DNA of 63,906 bases, filler included, from Vannella sp. (GCA_023345925.1; 5 parts of 5 records of this genome joined end to end with filler, not necessarily neighbours in it), one strand, 5' to 3'. Shown: positions 36,982 through 52,234, numbered from the whole stretch's first letter. Numbers and translations: made by a program. Notes: generated from the sequence alone by a model not told the origin.

Positions 36982-38945
36982 TTACTTGTGGGCGGTGTCC
37001 AGGTGCGAATTTAAGAGTCGGAGCGAACTTTGGATGCTTCCACAAATGGGACATTCCATACTCTTTGGTTCGTCGGTTGAGTCCTGTTCCTTTCGATGGC
37101 ATGGGGTCTCCTCGTTGATTGAGGATAAAGGCGCTACAGGTTGGTGAGATTGTAAATGGAATTCCATCTCCTTCCTCCGAATAGGATGCTGGCACTCCCC
37201 ACAAAGGATTGTCTTACTACCGCAGATACTCTCATGTTGGCAAAGACCCCAATGAAACTTGTCTCTCCAATCGTCAGGGTCCCCACCTGACGGAACGATG
37301 TCTTCACAAAATCGGCATCGGATAAGTCTCTGAGGGCAAGCTGTCCTCTGATGTTGTCGCAACTCGACGAGATTTCCCGACCAAGCCTCGCACATTTGAC
37401 AGGAAGATGGCGTGTGGAAGTACTGGCAATGTGTGGGAAGTTCTGAGGATGAGAAGACAGTGCCACAGTCAGGACAATGGCAATGATCATCTTTTTGTCG
37501 GCGGAGGATCACCTGTCTGCACTCTGGGAAAGTACAAAGAAAATTGTTTCTTTGGCAAAAGGTCTCATGCATTCGCATGTTGGCAGGAGGTACTGGCCGA
37601 GAACAATGACTACACAGGGAAGATTCTTCAGCCGGTAGAGGAGTTACCTCATCCATCATGATATTGTCCATTGAGTTGGGCAGTAGTTCAAAGGAGAATT
37701 CGCACTGAGCATCAGGGAGAGAAAGAACTGCGTCATCAGCTCGAACACCAATGAAAAGATCCACATTTGTTCGGATCGTAGGAAGATCCGCTAACCCAAG
37801 GCGAAAGGTCGCATCTCCTTCGCACAATGGGAAAGAAAGACTGTTCTCCAACATAGTGGGGGGCTGGTGAAGGGCCACAAAACACTCCGAATCGCTTCCT
37901 TCGATGAGATAATTCCCGATTTTAAGGTGAATCGCCAACTGAGCATCATCTTCAAGGAAGGAATGAATCTCATGCTCTGACAAAACTACCTTGAATATCT
38001 TCCATCCGCCTGGAGGCAGAGAGAAAGAGCTCACTTGGCCAGAAGGCGAGGGAACAGGACCCTCAGTATGGGCGGGCTCGTCCTTCTAGAGGCTAGTTGG
38101 TCAGAACATGAATCCACAACAGATGGGGTTATGAACATACAACGAAGCTGGGGATGAAGATGTCTACCTCTAACTCAGTGTCAATGAGACTCACGGCAGC
38201 TGCTGGTTTTAGTTCCACAACCTTGACCAGGTGCGAACTCCTCCCATATGTCACAGTGAAAGTATCCCCTATTGATAGGGTGGTGCTAGAGGATGCCAAA
38301 GATGCCTGAAGATGAGCTCTGGGGTCAGGAATACGATTGAAAGAAGAGGGATCTTCTGGTTCAAGGCGGACGAAAGTGGCTTTCGGCAACTTGACCAGAG
38401 AAAGAGTGATCTCGTCCTCTCCTTCTCCCTCTTTCATTCCCAACTTGCGCACTATCTTTCGGGGCAAGATGGCAGTGCCCTCCTCTGCTGTGAATTCGAG
38501 GACACCACCATAGGCCACGGGATCTCCCTCCTTTGGAGGATCCCGTTGGACTAGGAAGGTCATAACACCCATCAAAGGCTCTCTTTGCAAGTCCTCCAGA
38601 ACAGATTGCGGGAGAATCATTCGGTCCCCTTCTTGGTGCCGGAAAAGGGCGCGAAGGCACCTCGTTGAGGGGCGACTAGCAGCTTCAAAGCGCTCTGCTC
38701 TTCTCTCTTCTACTTCCTGAGCCTTTCCCCGTTCTGCTCGAATCAATTCCGCCTCCCATGACGTCAGGCAACCTCATCTCTACAACTAAAGCGTCCTCAC
38801 TTACCTGCTCCTTGAACTGGGCTTCAAGCTGCCTCCTCTTCTGCTCCATCCTCCTCTGGATCGCAAGATCCTTCGTTGCCTGAGCTTTGCGCGCTTGATT
38901 ATCTTTCGCAATACGGCGCGTGGCACTTTCAAAAGCAAAGTCCAT
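36982..38945 (-). CDS. UFD1-like protein with C-terminal TRAF-type/C2H2 zinc fingers, spliced
   Basis: GDRMILPQS, GVLEFTAEEG, LPKATFVRLEP, VSLIDTELEVD; CSHC..H..FC and further Zn-finger repeats. Confidence 0.85.
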
Positions 38946-39131
38946 GTCGAGAGAAGAAGGAGGAAAGGGAAATGAGTGGGAGAAACGGCTCGTGAGGGCA
39001 TTTCCCCTCTTTGAGCACCCAAAACTCAAAAAATGAAATCAGCTCAAAAGCTTATCCTGTCGAAGGGGCAAAGAGGAGAAGGTAGAGGATCTGTGGCAAA
39101 GTGATGATGCCAGCTTTTAGGAGGGTCCAGA

Positions 39132-42100
39132 CTAAGTAGGATGAGCGAGGTTGTGGATGAGGAAGTTCACTTGAGTAGCCTTCGTATTCATGCTTTCGTC
39201 AATGAGGGAGATAAAAAAGCGAGCCGCTTCCTTGTCAGTGCGCCCCAGGGCAAAGGCGTTGCGAAGGTAATTGATATCTTCGTCACATTTCAGTTCCGGA
39301 ATGCCTGTGGATAACATCTGGAGGGTTTGAAAGAGTAAGAATGGACCCTCTCCCTCAAGGAAGGCTCAGACTCACCATGGAGAACAGGTTGATAAAGAGA
39401 TTGGCATGCTTGCGGAGGACATTGTACGCCTTGCAGCACAGATTGATAAAAAACTTGAAGTTGGGGGACTTGGTCTTGCCCATAACATAAACAAACTCTG
39501 GTGTCAACACAAAGGGAGCCCGCTCCCGTTTGATGCCTTGCCAGGTCTGAACGTTGCCCAAGAAATGTGCAAAGTCAATGTCTAACCCAAGAAAGAGTTA
39601 GAATTCCCAAAATAGGTGTCCCAGGAGTCTTACGGAAGAGATGCCCGCTATTTGCAATCATTATGTTGTCATTGTGGCGATCTCCGATGCCGAGAACATA
39701 TGTTGCAACGCAATAGCCCGCTAAAGAAGTTGTGAAATTTTGGACGGCTTGGTTATACAGGAAGTCAGTTGGGTTCTTCTCTTTCAGCCATTTAGCCAAA
39801 GGGGTCTTCTTAATGACACCAGTAACTACGCCACGCTCTTTTTGGATGGCTGCGGCTGTCACAGAGTCTGGAACTACTTCAATCATCCCTGCCTCATTGC
39901 CTGTTGCTGTGCACATGTAAGGAGATAGATTCATGTCCAAGCCAGCATCTTGCCAGAGCTTGTCCATGAGACGGAACATTTGCAACGTGAGAATGTCTGC
40001 TCTCAAATCGTCACCAGTCTTAAAGATCATCTTAAAGTCTCCTCCGAATGGATCGTTATTCCGGCAGTCCAACCACAAAGGCAGTGTGAAACTGTCCATG
40101 TACTTGCACTTAGGAGCATTGAACCCGGTCACCACCATTGTGGGAAGAATTGGGATGGAAGAGCGCGTATCCAACACCAACTTCTCCATCTCGCGTTGCA
40201 AGAACTCTTTCTTGTTCTTCCTCTTCCCTTTAAGTCCTTCTGCGACTCGTTGAAGCTTCTGTACCATATTCCATTGTCGCAGGAGTTCTAAGAGGTGATC
40301 TCCACAGCCATAGAGATAAGCTTCAATGAGAAGAGTGTAGCGTTGACTGATGTCAGGCTCTGCGAGCTCGCCCTTCAAAAACCAGAAAAGTAAGTGGCCC
40401 ACTCGCTCTCTGTTCTGCAGGGCCCGCTGAAGGAGAAAGCGGCTCAAGGCTGAGTCGTGGAATGATTCGTACTTGACAACTTGGACTAATTGCAGCATAT
40501 AGTCAGCCACGTCGATATCTGGTAGTGTCCGCAGGCAGTGAACAGCGTACTCCCGGACTTCAGAGACAGGGAAATGCGCATCTAGGAGCTGCAAGGCAGC
40601 AGTCCCTGAGAGGGGTGCCCACATACCCATCAGCCGTATGGCTTCTTCAACCATCTTGGGATCAGTCCAATCAACACTCTGCAATACCTTTGGTAGAGCA
40701 GGAGGGACGGTTTTCAGTACATGGCGATTTTCCCAAAGGACTTGTCTATCACTTTGAGAGAGCATATACAACGGGTCTTGGTTCACCAGTGCTTCAATAC
40801 GGGAGCTCATTTGGACAGCAGGATCCTCTATCGCACGTGGAGTTGAGGTGTGTATCAGATGAGAATAAGAGGGATACTTCACTGGATGTTCTCCATAAAT
40901 AGGGAGCTCCACAGTCATCAACAAGGGCCGAGTGGACTCAATATTGGTTGCACATGTCCCAATAGGATTGGCCTTGGCATTGAGCCACATTGCCAAGGGA
41001 AAGGTTCCAAAGCGTAGCTCGCTCTGGAAGTCGAATAGCTGGAAATTGACCCACCCCAAAGCGATCATCTCCTTTGCATTCCTCACATACAAAGTCATGC
41101 AAAGCTTTGCAGAGCGGGGGAGCTGGCATACTTTCAGTGACGGTGTTCCCAACCATTCTCTGAACTCCACATCGTTTGTAGAGGACTCTGTCCACAATGG
41201 AGGACACAAGGCTGTTGTCCCGTGGCATACTTCCACACAGACCTGGAAGGCGTTAGACTGGAGGTCCACGCCATTCTCAAAGTAGGCGGGGAAGAAGTGG
41301 CGCAGATTCTTCACAGAGAGGACCCGCATCTGGAAGGTGTAATCCAAATCAAACACAAGCGTACTGTCTGATGCTGGACGAGGTAAAGAGTACTGAGCGA
41401 AGAGATCTTCGTCCTTCCTCGGTACATAGTCCGCTTCAGGTGACAGAGGGGGCCCATAGATGGAGGATAAGTCGTTGTTATCAACCAACGAGAAAGTGAT
41501 CGGTCGCCGTCGCTTCAGGAAGTCACGGACGCGGACAATCATTCCCAAGCGCATGGTTGGATGCAAGAACTCGCTATAGTCACAGAACTTGAGGCTGGCA
41601 GTGCTGGGATCCTTTGTCTTGAGGGAAGTAAGATGTGACTTCGATAAGAGGAGCTCGACAAGGTCGCGGACGCTGGTGTAGCTTTGCACGTCCAATGTTT
41701 TCGCCAGGTTGATGTTGGGGAAGTTAAACGTTACAGAGAACGTCTCGTTCAGTGTCTTGGGCCACTCGTGGTGTGTGACTGAAGCGTAGATCATGCTCGT
41801 CTTTGTCTGGGGTTGAATTAACTTGACAGCAGGGAGGATGGTGGACTTGAAGAGAGCTGCTTCTTCATCATCCTGGTCATGCGACTTCATCTTCGAGTAA
41901 GATTCCATCAAGATCGACTCAATGAACTGTCCCTGAGCGCGCTCCCGCTCCCTTGCATCTCCTATTTCCTCAAAAGATAGCGGAATGTCCTTTGCAAGGA
42001 CCTCAGCATACTGGTTTCCTCTTCTTGCTATAGCAGGTGATGATCCCTGTAACCCAAAGGGTCCTGGGCCAGCCAGTAAGGGAGCATGGGGGGACTTGGC

Positions 42101-42663
42101 CGTACCCGAGTCCGTTGCTGGGGAGACAGATCGGTGGTTAGCCTGCTCCGCCTCGATAGCAGATGGAGGGATGGGAGATAGGAAGAGCATTGGAACTTGC
42201 TGCTGTTGCAAAGCACTGAAGAGGGCACTTGACTGTGTTAGTAGAGATCCGTTGGGGACCACCACTTGAGCGTTCTGGACAGGATCTTGGAGTGAGATCT
42301 GTTCACTGTGGCGTAGGTAAGCCATGAACTCCTCCAGCTGCGCAATGGCGCTCTCCCGGAATGCTTCTGGGGTCATGGACGTGCTGCAACGGATCTTAGC
42401 CATTGCTCCCGAAGGGAGCACTGCGCAAGCCCAGAACTTCTGAGACTCATCTTCAGCAACTAAGGGAGTCGCAACCTGTGGACGAGGAGGAGGTGGTGGG
42501 GGCGTAGCAGTTTGAGGCGCTCCAGAAGAGGGCGCCTCAAACAAAGAGTAAGAAGGCACTATCTTCCTCTCCGATCCAGAGCGCTTTGGCACTCTACCCA
42601 CGACAATCAGACCTCTGCCCAACATCACAGGGCGACATACCCGAACATCGGCGTGCCCGACAT
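39132..42663 (-). CDS. Class I phosphoinositide 3-kinase (RBD-like, C2, PIK helical, kinase), spliced
   Basis: FKTGDDLRADILTLQ, GMIEVV, CVATYVLGIGDRHNDN, HIDF, RERAPFVLT, MLSTGIPEL. First exon MSGTPMFG inferred from a GT-AG intron. Confidence 0.93.
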
Positions 42664-42722
42664 GGACAGGCCAAGGGAAAATGATCTTTTTGACCCCTTT
42701 CATCCATCCCACTCATTTTTAA

Positions 42723-43656
42723 ATGTCTTTACGATCGCTCACTCGCAAGGATGTCACAAAGATGATGCTTTGGGTGGTTGTGAGTTTGAGCTTTGTCAAC
42801 GTGTTGATCATCCTCACGTCGGTGGCGTCGCCGTGGTACAAAGTGATCGACTTTCAGTCTGATGCGGCTAGTTGGACTTGTTCGTTCAGTGTGCAGAGAA
42901 GCGCCTTCTTCTCGTGGAAGGAGTGCGATTGTAGCCCTTTGATTCTACCTGATGCGAGCCTTCTGCCTGCAGGGTGGTGCACTGACAGCTTCTATGAGTG
43001 GAGGAAGTGTGAGAACTGCGATACGCTTGGTTGTGCTTGGTACGTTGCCTGCTGCCCTTTGGATGGCGTGGATCTGACATTCAAGAAGCTCTCTAGAGCT
43101 ACGTATATGGAACTCGACGATGGGGTTCGTCCTCCTGGCATTAGCCTGCGCAGTAGCGACGACACTCCTCCTCTGCTCCCAAATGGTCGCTAAATGGAAG
43201 AGCGCACGCTCTCCTGTCGTTATAGCCATTCTACACACTCTCATGCTGATAGCTTTGGTCTATTTGGCCACCGCTTTCGCCCTCTTCTTCCAGATAAGCT
43301 CTGGTAAGAAGTCCTTCCTCAACAGGAGCTCTCCTCACCCGTTTGATAGCCATTCGCGAAGACTATGGTAACCGATGTGGTGTTGGCTTTGGTGTGTGCG
43401 ACTCTTTCATGGGCCACATCGATGGTAAGTCGAGCAGGTGACCATCGGAAGGTGCCTGATCGCCGAGGGGGCAACAGGATCCTATCTCAAGTTCCAGAAC
43501 AACTTCTATCAGTTCAATCAGTCATGGGGTCCAATGCTAGGCTTCTGGATGGTGCTGGTAGGCATTGTGTGGACACTCCTGACAGAGGTCGCCCTTCTGA
43601 TCTACTCGTACCGGTTGCTGAAGGACCCAACGGCTTCCTACTCTTCCATCAAGTAA
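42723..43656 (+). CDS. Multi-exon tetraspan (claudin-like) membrane protein
   Basis: About four hydrophobic segments; PWY after TM1; Cys-rich loops; short introns. Confidence 0.45.
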
Positions 43657-43712
43657 ACCATTTGAGATACCACCAAGTCAAGGGGCAAAGAGCGTTCATT
43701 AGGGAGTCTGGA

Positions 43713-45267
43713 TCACTTCATGTTCTCCAAAAGCCTTTGGATCTCCTTCTCCTTGGCCAAGGCAGCTTGATCCATGACAGATCCACTTTCCTCTTGACTC
43801 TCTCGGATCCGTAACTGCTCCTCGATCAGACCGTCCCAAGTGATCGGCTTCCCGACGATGTCACACCAAAGGTCCAAGTCCACAATGGGGACAGGGACGA
43901 CGTCCTCCGCCCACTTGTTGCCATTGAGATGCAAGAACTGCAGGTTCTTGAGATTGGCAAGCTCCTGTGGCAGGTCAGAGATCTTGTTATCGCTGATGTC
44001 GAGGAACTTGAGGGTGAAGATGCGCCCCAGCGTCTTTGGGACACTCGATATGCTATTGCCTGACACTTGAAGCATCTCAAGTGAACCCAAGGCTGAGATG
44101 CCATCAGGGATAGAGGAAATGCCGCACTGTGTGATGGACACTTGGCGAACGCAATGCTGGTTCCAGAAGGAGTTGTAAATGAACGAGGGAATCGTGGGGA
44201 AGCTCTCTCCACGCAAGATGATGGTCTCTTCTACCTTTCGCTCGGGTCGGATCTTCGTACGAAGGAGAATCTCTCCCGTCACCTTGTCCTTCTTCTTGCG
44301 CTTCTGCAGTTCGAACCACTCCTCTCGCTGTACGAGATCTGCAATGTTGTTCAGGTTGATCTCGACGAACCCCAGAAAGTCTCCTTTCGGGCTCTTGTCG
44401 TGAACCTCCACTACGAGCCAGCGTTGGCTCTCTCCCTTCACTTGATCCAGCTTCCTTTAGGTCCATTGTCAGTGCTAGTGAGAGGGTATAGAGTCGACTT
44501 ACAGCTCTTTCTTCTCGTTCCAAGTGGGAGCGGAGTTCTTAGGCATGATGGCGGTGAATTCGTGAGGCTTCTTTGTGTCAATCTTCTTCTCATGGTCCTT
44601 GCTTGTGTCCTTGCGGATAGCTAGCAGGCACATGGGGCTAGGGGGACCGGCTTTAACTGGGTGGAGTCCCTTGGCTTTCGAAACTGTGATGCCTTGTGAG
44701 ATGATGAACGTTTCACGGTGTCTGGCGTTGCCTACCTTCAACGTCGATGATGGCAGTGCTACTAAGAGAGAAGCGCTTAATATCAGCGACAGCCAGGGCA
44801 CTGAGAGACTCAAGATTGATGGAGACGGTCTCCCGCTTCACCTGAGAAGTGGAATGCTGAGCTCGCAGTCTGATACGGAGAGAGCTTTCAGTTGTCACTG
44901 GGTTGCTTGAAGCACTAGGCACGTCACGTGGTGACATAGCAACATTACGAGTTGATGTGGGCTCAGGAGGGAGTTCCACGAGGCACGGGAGGCTTGAAAC
45001 TTCCTTCTCCTCCTTCTTCTCCTCCTTCTCCTCCTTCTTCTCCTCCTTCTCCTCCTCCTTCTTCTCCTCTACCTTTTTCTCTTCAACCCCATCCTCCTCC
45101 TCCTCTTTCTTCTCTTCGTCGGCCTCCTCAAGAGAGCCCCCCGCATCCTTCTCCCCAGGGGCATCGTTCAGGTGTGCGAGGAGCGTGCTTTTAGATGTTG
45201 AACTCGAGAACACTCGCTCCTCTGGATCCTCCTCTTCATCAAAGAACGAGTCGTCGTCTTCAGACAT
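43713..45267 (-). CDS. Acidic N-terminus + C2 domain + leucine-rich repeat protein
   Basis: C2 motifs APTWNE, VHDK...DFLGFVEI, EEWFEL; LRRs LQVSGNSI, LDISDNKI, LHLNGN; KEE low-complexity repeat. Confidence 0.75.
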
Positions 45268-45435
45268 GGCGGAAAAAAAATACGACCGAACTCGTCTCTC
45301 CCATTCCACCATTAATCCATTACGATGTCCACCACCCTATCCAAATGCTATTTCCGCCCGTCAGTCACCAGAGGGGCAGAATTCAGCAAAGCAGGCTACT
45401 CTCCTCGAAGGGGTCTTCTGATCCCGGAAAGGTCC

Positions 45436-45972
45436 TCAATTCAACCTTGGCTAGTGATCGGTGCTGTCTGGTATGATTCTGATTCAATTTATAAACTACT
45501 TGTGCAATTGAGAGGCTGCCCATTGGATGTAGCCTGTGAGGCCCACAGAGAACAGGAACCTGAACGGGTGAGAAGAGGCGGAAGGTCGAGTGGAAGGACC
45601 TACGAAGTAGTGATGCACATTGGGTGGATGGTGGAGCCAACGCCCACCGCGATAGCAATGGAGGTGACGACTGTCAGGGGGTTCAGCAAAGGATAGAGCT
45701 CTGACAACGAGAGGAGTTACCTGAGAACCAAGAATGGAAAGACGCGATGTTGCCCAGAACAAGCATGGAGAAGAAGAACAAAAGAGAGCACCCAAAGCCA
45801 CCAATGATTCGGAGCTGGTTTGTTGAGGCAAAGAACCCAGACAGAAGCTGCAACAACACGAGGACGACAACGAAAGCGATCCCTGAGTACCTCACTGTCT
45901 CACTCTGCGAAACTGCGCATCTCAACCCCGTCAGTCGAGAACACAGACCTAAAGAAGACCCTCACGCGTCAT
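45436..45972 (-). CDS. KRTCAP2: KRTCAP2 (KCP2, OST accessory subunit), spliced; 3' end approximate
   Basis: FASTNQLRIIGGFGCSLLFFF...LGN and IHPMCITTSFLFSV after splicing. Confidence 0.75.
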
Positions 45973-46084
45973 CGCTGCCCGGCTCAGAAGAAACTAACCA
46001 AAACCAAAGCTTTCAGAGATAATAAATCGAGTGTTTGCGATAGTCTTCAATCAACCTGGAAACTCTTCCATTTTGCTGGCTCTC

Positions 46085-46306
46085 ATGGGGAAGAACAACC
46101 GAACGATCGTTGTCATGCTTGTGGGCTTCATGAGTCTCGGCTTCAGCTATCCATTCATTGCCCACCTCTCCAAACCCAACTTCTACACTCAAGACAGTGT
46201 CCTGCCAGCAAACACAGCCCGCAGGGGAGCCTACACCAACAGCAGCTCCCAAGACTTCGGTCCCAACCCCAACTACAAAGCAGGGGCAAAATCAGACTAT
46301 AAATAA
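46085..46306 (+). CDS. 73-aa single-pass membrane microprotein
   Basis: Intronless ORF with one hydrophobic helix then RRGAYTNSSSQDFGPNP; fills the gap between two genes; AATAAA follows. Confidence 0.6.
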   Translation: MGKNNRTIVVMLVGFMSLGFSYPFIAHLSKPNFYTQDSVLPANTARRGAYTNSSSQDFGPNPNYKAGAKSDYK

Positions 46307-46411
46307 GAAACACCAAATACCTGCCAAATAAAAAGGAAGTTGGCGCAATATTCAACTGGCAGTTGGGAAGTTGATTGGGTGAAGTGGCAAGTTTTCTCGT
46401 GTCGTTGGAGG

Positions 46412-47956
<1,545 letters not shown>

Positions 47957-48038
47957 ACCTTCCCGCTCATACGAACATGGCCAATACAAACACACTTTCT
48001 GCACCGCCTCTAGAGTGATCCAGCTTGATCATTGAGTG

Positions 48039-49613
48039 ATGGAGGTGAGTCTCTCGCAGGCTGTCCCGCGGATGGAGTCAGGGAGACGATATCGAGTTCG
48101 CTGTGCGACGTTACATCGTGCCGTACCTTTGAGGCATCATGTAGGTGGTGGGAGGCCAAGAGAACAGCGTTCTGGATCTGATCATACCTTGTTCGCAGTG
48201 TTCGTTCGACAGCAGGGATCAAGGGTCTCTTTCCAACAGTATAGACCAACCTCCCTCCTTCTTTAAAGCATCCAGAGTGGAGGATATCCTCTCTGTTCAG
48301 ACTATCGTCGTGATTCTGTGCTACTCAGGTCGTTGCTCCGTATTCAGCAAGGGTACGCACCCACAGTGCATCTAACATCCGTTTGTGTAACTGTTGTGAT
48401 CTGCTAGGAACAAAGAAGCTCCTCTGCCACCTCAATCTACTGCCTGGGGAGGGAATCAAGAGCATTTACTACAACAAGAGAGCAGCAGCGGTCATCACCT
48501 CTTCAGTGAATGAAGAAGACAACTTTTGTAGCTTAACATGCAAGAGCACCTCCGTTCGGTAAGCTGGGTGAAGAGAACACTTCGGAACTAACCTCCCTTC
48601 CCAGTGACCTGGAGGCTGGCAGGCCTGAGAACCACATGAAGCTCTTTGACAATCAGATTCTAGGCTGGCCAAGCTTTGTCGAGTTCGACGACATCAACGG
48701 GAAGATATTGACTTTCTCCAATGCCACTCGGTAAGTCATTAACACTCTTCCACTCCAAAGGTCTCACTCTCGGCCAGTTTATATCGGATATGGGATATGA
48801 TGACTTACACGCACTTATTTGATGTTTTTGATCCGCATTGTATTGATATCCGGATGGGGTAAGTCCTTTTGGGGGGTGCGGGAGCCGTTGTTGACGGTAC
48901 GAAAAGTGTGGGCATCTTTTTAATGGTTCATGCTCGGAGCGTAACTTGTAACCAACCGATTCTTGTTATTGGAATTGAAAACGGCCAAGTTATTGACCGA
49001 ATACAGCTACCCATGGAGGCAAACCAGCATCTGGAGCTGATTGAGCCCTATTGCAATAGTATACTTATCAAAAGAACTCGTGAGCCGTTCCAGTTCATCT
49101 CAGTAGGTCCCCACCTCAGGCACTATGACCCATTCCGGAAACCTGACGGATTCATTTTAAGCTAGGAACGCACCGCACGATTGAAAAGCAGGCTTCAGCC
49201 TTCAGCCAGATGCAACCACAGCATCTCTTAGCCACTCTAGATTATATGCTGATGAGAGGGGAGAACCGTATTGAGATCTGGGACACTAACGGCAATGTCC
49301 TCCATCAGTTCGACGATTGTGCTGGAGAAGGACACATTGGGTTCCTTCCTCATTCAAATATCCTTCTCTTTTACGGGGCCCTCACTCGAAGAGAGATGCG
49401 GAGTAAGTCACTTCCAGAAGTATTCTGTTCCTCACAAACTCCCTCATTGCAGGGGGAGACTTGGGTGTTGTTATGCACGATCTAAACAGCGGAGACCGTT
49501 GGATTGAACGTGATTGTACCGCTTCGTCCCGAATCACCGCCGTGTACTATTGCAGTCATCGGAGGGAACTTTTTCTGGGAGATCTCTCTGGTGCTGTCCA
49601 CGTGTGGATCTAG
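48039..49613 (+). CDS. Conserved uncharacterised beta-propeller-like protein, many short introns
   Basis: Exons give IKSIYYNK, WPSFVEFDDINGKILTF and ELFLGDLSGAVHVW, resembling a plant/protist family of unknown function. Confidence 0.6.
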
Positions 49614-49705
49614 AGACCCTTCACTACCTAAAGACTTCTTGATGGATCCCTATGAGAGCCTATTGGGGGCTGGGGGGAGGGCCAGTGTGCTTTAGTGCAG
49701 ATGGT

Positions 49706-50152
49706 TCAGTCTTCTCTCTCTTGGGGGATCGCGCGGAGATTCGCTGAGCGCTTGAGAGAGCGCAGCTCTGCCGTGTGACGTCGGAAGAGGTTCTCAACAC
49801 GTGTGCGGACGTCTGTACTCTCCCGCTCGGGAGTGAGAGCGGGAAGAGGAATCTCAGAGTCGTCGACTTTCAAGTTAAGGGTGCGGAGGAACTCGTTGTC
49901 GTCATCAAGTTGTGATTCAGTGACATCATCATCCTGGCTCTCCTCTATCATCAAGTAATCCGGGCGGACACCCTCGTAGGCGATCTTCTCCACGTACTCC
50001 CGAAGATTCTTCCCCCGTGTTAGCCAATCCCTTGTTCTCCTCCCTTCCCGCACACGCACCCATCTCCCGCTTGCTTTATGCTGTTCCTCTGCACCCACAA
50101 AGAAGCACACCACGACCACCAACAGAACAACGCACCCCACCCGCCCTCCCAT
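49706..50152 (-). CDS. Hypothetical secreted protein
   Basis: Signal-peptide-like hydrophobic N-terminus in a ~148-codon ORF. Confidence 0.45.
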   Translation of the reverse strand: MGGRVGCVVLLVVVVCFFVGAEEQHKASGRWVRVREGRRTRDWLTRGKNLREYVEKIAYEGVRPDYLMIEESQDDDVTESQLDDDNEFLRTLNLKVDDSEIPLPALTPERESTDVRTRVENLFRRHTAELRSLKRSANLRAIPQERED

Positions 50153-50263
50153 CACCAGAATGATTGAATTCAATAAATGGCACCTTGTCTAGTCTAGACG
50201 AGTCTTGAAATGTTCTCATTTGAAAGCACGGACCGAAAAGGCAATTATTGCGGGTTATTGTGG

Positions 50264-51935
50264 ATGGATCGGGTGGAACTGGCGGCTCCTCCGTTTGATA
50301 TCAACTCTTCTATGATCTACTCTGTGGTAGGCAGTATGGTGTTGGAGAGGGTGGGAGCTGATGAGGGGGGATAGCGGGCAGCTCCGCCTTTGCCTGCTTT
50401 GGTGACCATCCCGGAGTACAGTCGGGCGCCCTTTGAGCCCTCACCGCCTACGCACCTTCCCATTGGGTTCTTGTTCTGGTTCCACTTGCTTCTGCTGATC
50501 ATACTCACTCTATTGGCCGTCCTAACGCGCTCCGTCAACCTCAGTGACTACGATTACCAGTACTTTGACGGTGTCACGTACTTCTTTGATCAGTGAGACG
50601 CTCTTACATCTCTCCCACGCCTTCATGAGGCTGACTGGGCCTCCGGGAAGGGAGATGACGTGGAGAGTGTTCTGGAGGGAACTCGCTTACTTTGCCATGG
50701 GGACGGCTTCGTCCTTGGGCGTGCTGCTTCTGTGGAATGCCATGCTCTTGTGCCATGCTTGGGTGTCCATATGGCTCTTCTGGGCCATGGCATTGGGCTG
50801 CTCCGCCCTTCTTTGCGCTGTTTGCGCGTATTTGAGTCAATACTTCTTAGGTTTCCTCGCTTTCTTCACTGCAGCCTTCGTATTCTCAACAGGGATCATC
50901 CAAAGGCGCAGAATGAGCCGAACTGCTTCGCTTTACCTCCAAATCATCCGGATTGCGAGGTCCGCGCGACTCTTACCCGCTTGGGGGGTACTTTCCATCA
51001 CCTATCTCCTCATTTACTTCCTCTGGTAGGTCGTATGGCCCGGATTGTGTATCAGTCCTGACCAAGAGGGGACAAAGTGGCACTGTCTTGGCGATTGGGA
51101 TGTTTTCTGTGCAACAGTTTGCTGTGATGAGTGACTTTGTGGGTGTCCTATGCATTGGATACCTTTTCTTTTCGTGGTATTGGACATCAAAGACGCTGAA
51201 ACGAATGGGAGGCGTCGTAGCGGGCTCCATGATAAGCAAATGGTACTTTTACCAAGCGCCTCCTCGCAGTGGCCTTCGCAGCGGGTTCGACAGTACTTGT
51301 CGCTCCTTCGGTTCTATCTGTTTGGGCTCTTTGGTTGTTCCTCCAGTGGCTATGATGGAAGCTGTCGCTTCTTTCTTCAAATTCCGAAGTGGAGAGGACG
51401 GCGCCTCCCTTCAAATCTACTCCCAGTGCAATCCCTACGCTTTTTCGAGAGTCAGTAGCTCCATATCGCGATGATTGAGTGAACCAATGGGTCTGGCAGG
51501 TGTGCATTTACGGAACAACCTTCTTTGATGCCTCTTCCGAGGCACTTCGCGCTTTCAACTCGAACGGAATAGGTGAGTAGGTGACTTGGCCATTGGCCAC
51601 TTCTAACTCACGCAGACACCGTACTGCAGGAGGCATGCATTAGTGAAGTGGGTGCCTTGGTGGCTGTGGCCTCTGGGGCAGTCAGTGCACTCGTAGGCTC
51701 TCTCATCGGACAATTTCTGACCGACTATGTCGGTTTGCTGATCTTTGTGTCCTTCCTGGTGGGCTATGGCATGGGTGAAGTCATCGTTGAGATCCTCGAC
51801 GCCTCCGTATTGACCCTCCTGATGAGTGTTTGTATCGATCCTTCCTCGTTGGGAGACCGAGCGCCTTGGCTCCGAGAGTATCTGAATAGGCACTACAGCA
51901 CCGCTTGTGATGGACTCCTTTCAAGTGCTGCGTGA
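50264..51935 (+). CDS. CTL/PNS1-like (choline transporter-like) multipass protein, spliced
   Basis: Multiple TM helices; SFGSICLGSL; NPYAF..V.IYGTTFFDAS. Confidence 0.75.
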
Positions 51936-52234
51936 ATGTATCGTAAAGCTCTCGTCTCCCTTTCAGTCATTTGAGGATGTTTCATACGTGGGGGCAATCC
52001 TCTCCCAGCGCGAAGACGAGAGCTTACTCCTTTTGATATATGATCCTCGCAAGAGTTGCATGATCTTGGGAGGAAGAGGCGAGGCAGAAAGTTCACTGGA
52101 GCGATTTAGGAGCCCAACCAACGTACCTGTCTCTCTCTCTGTGAGAGTGGTCGACCCCAGCATCTCTCAGGAGAAGGATTGCGTTTATTCTAAGCTAGTG
52201 AAAGGCTAGTAAGGAGTACCTTGGCTGTACCTGC

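Noticed and set aside
44990..45120. CTCCTT/CTT microsatellite-like tract
   Set aside because: Explained as the KEE low-complexity coding segment of the C2-LRR gene.
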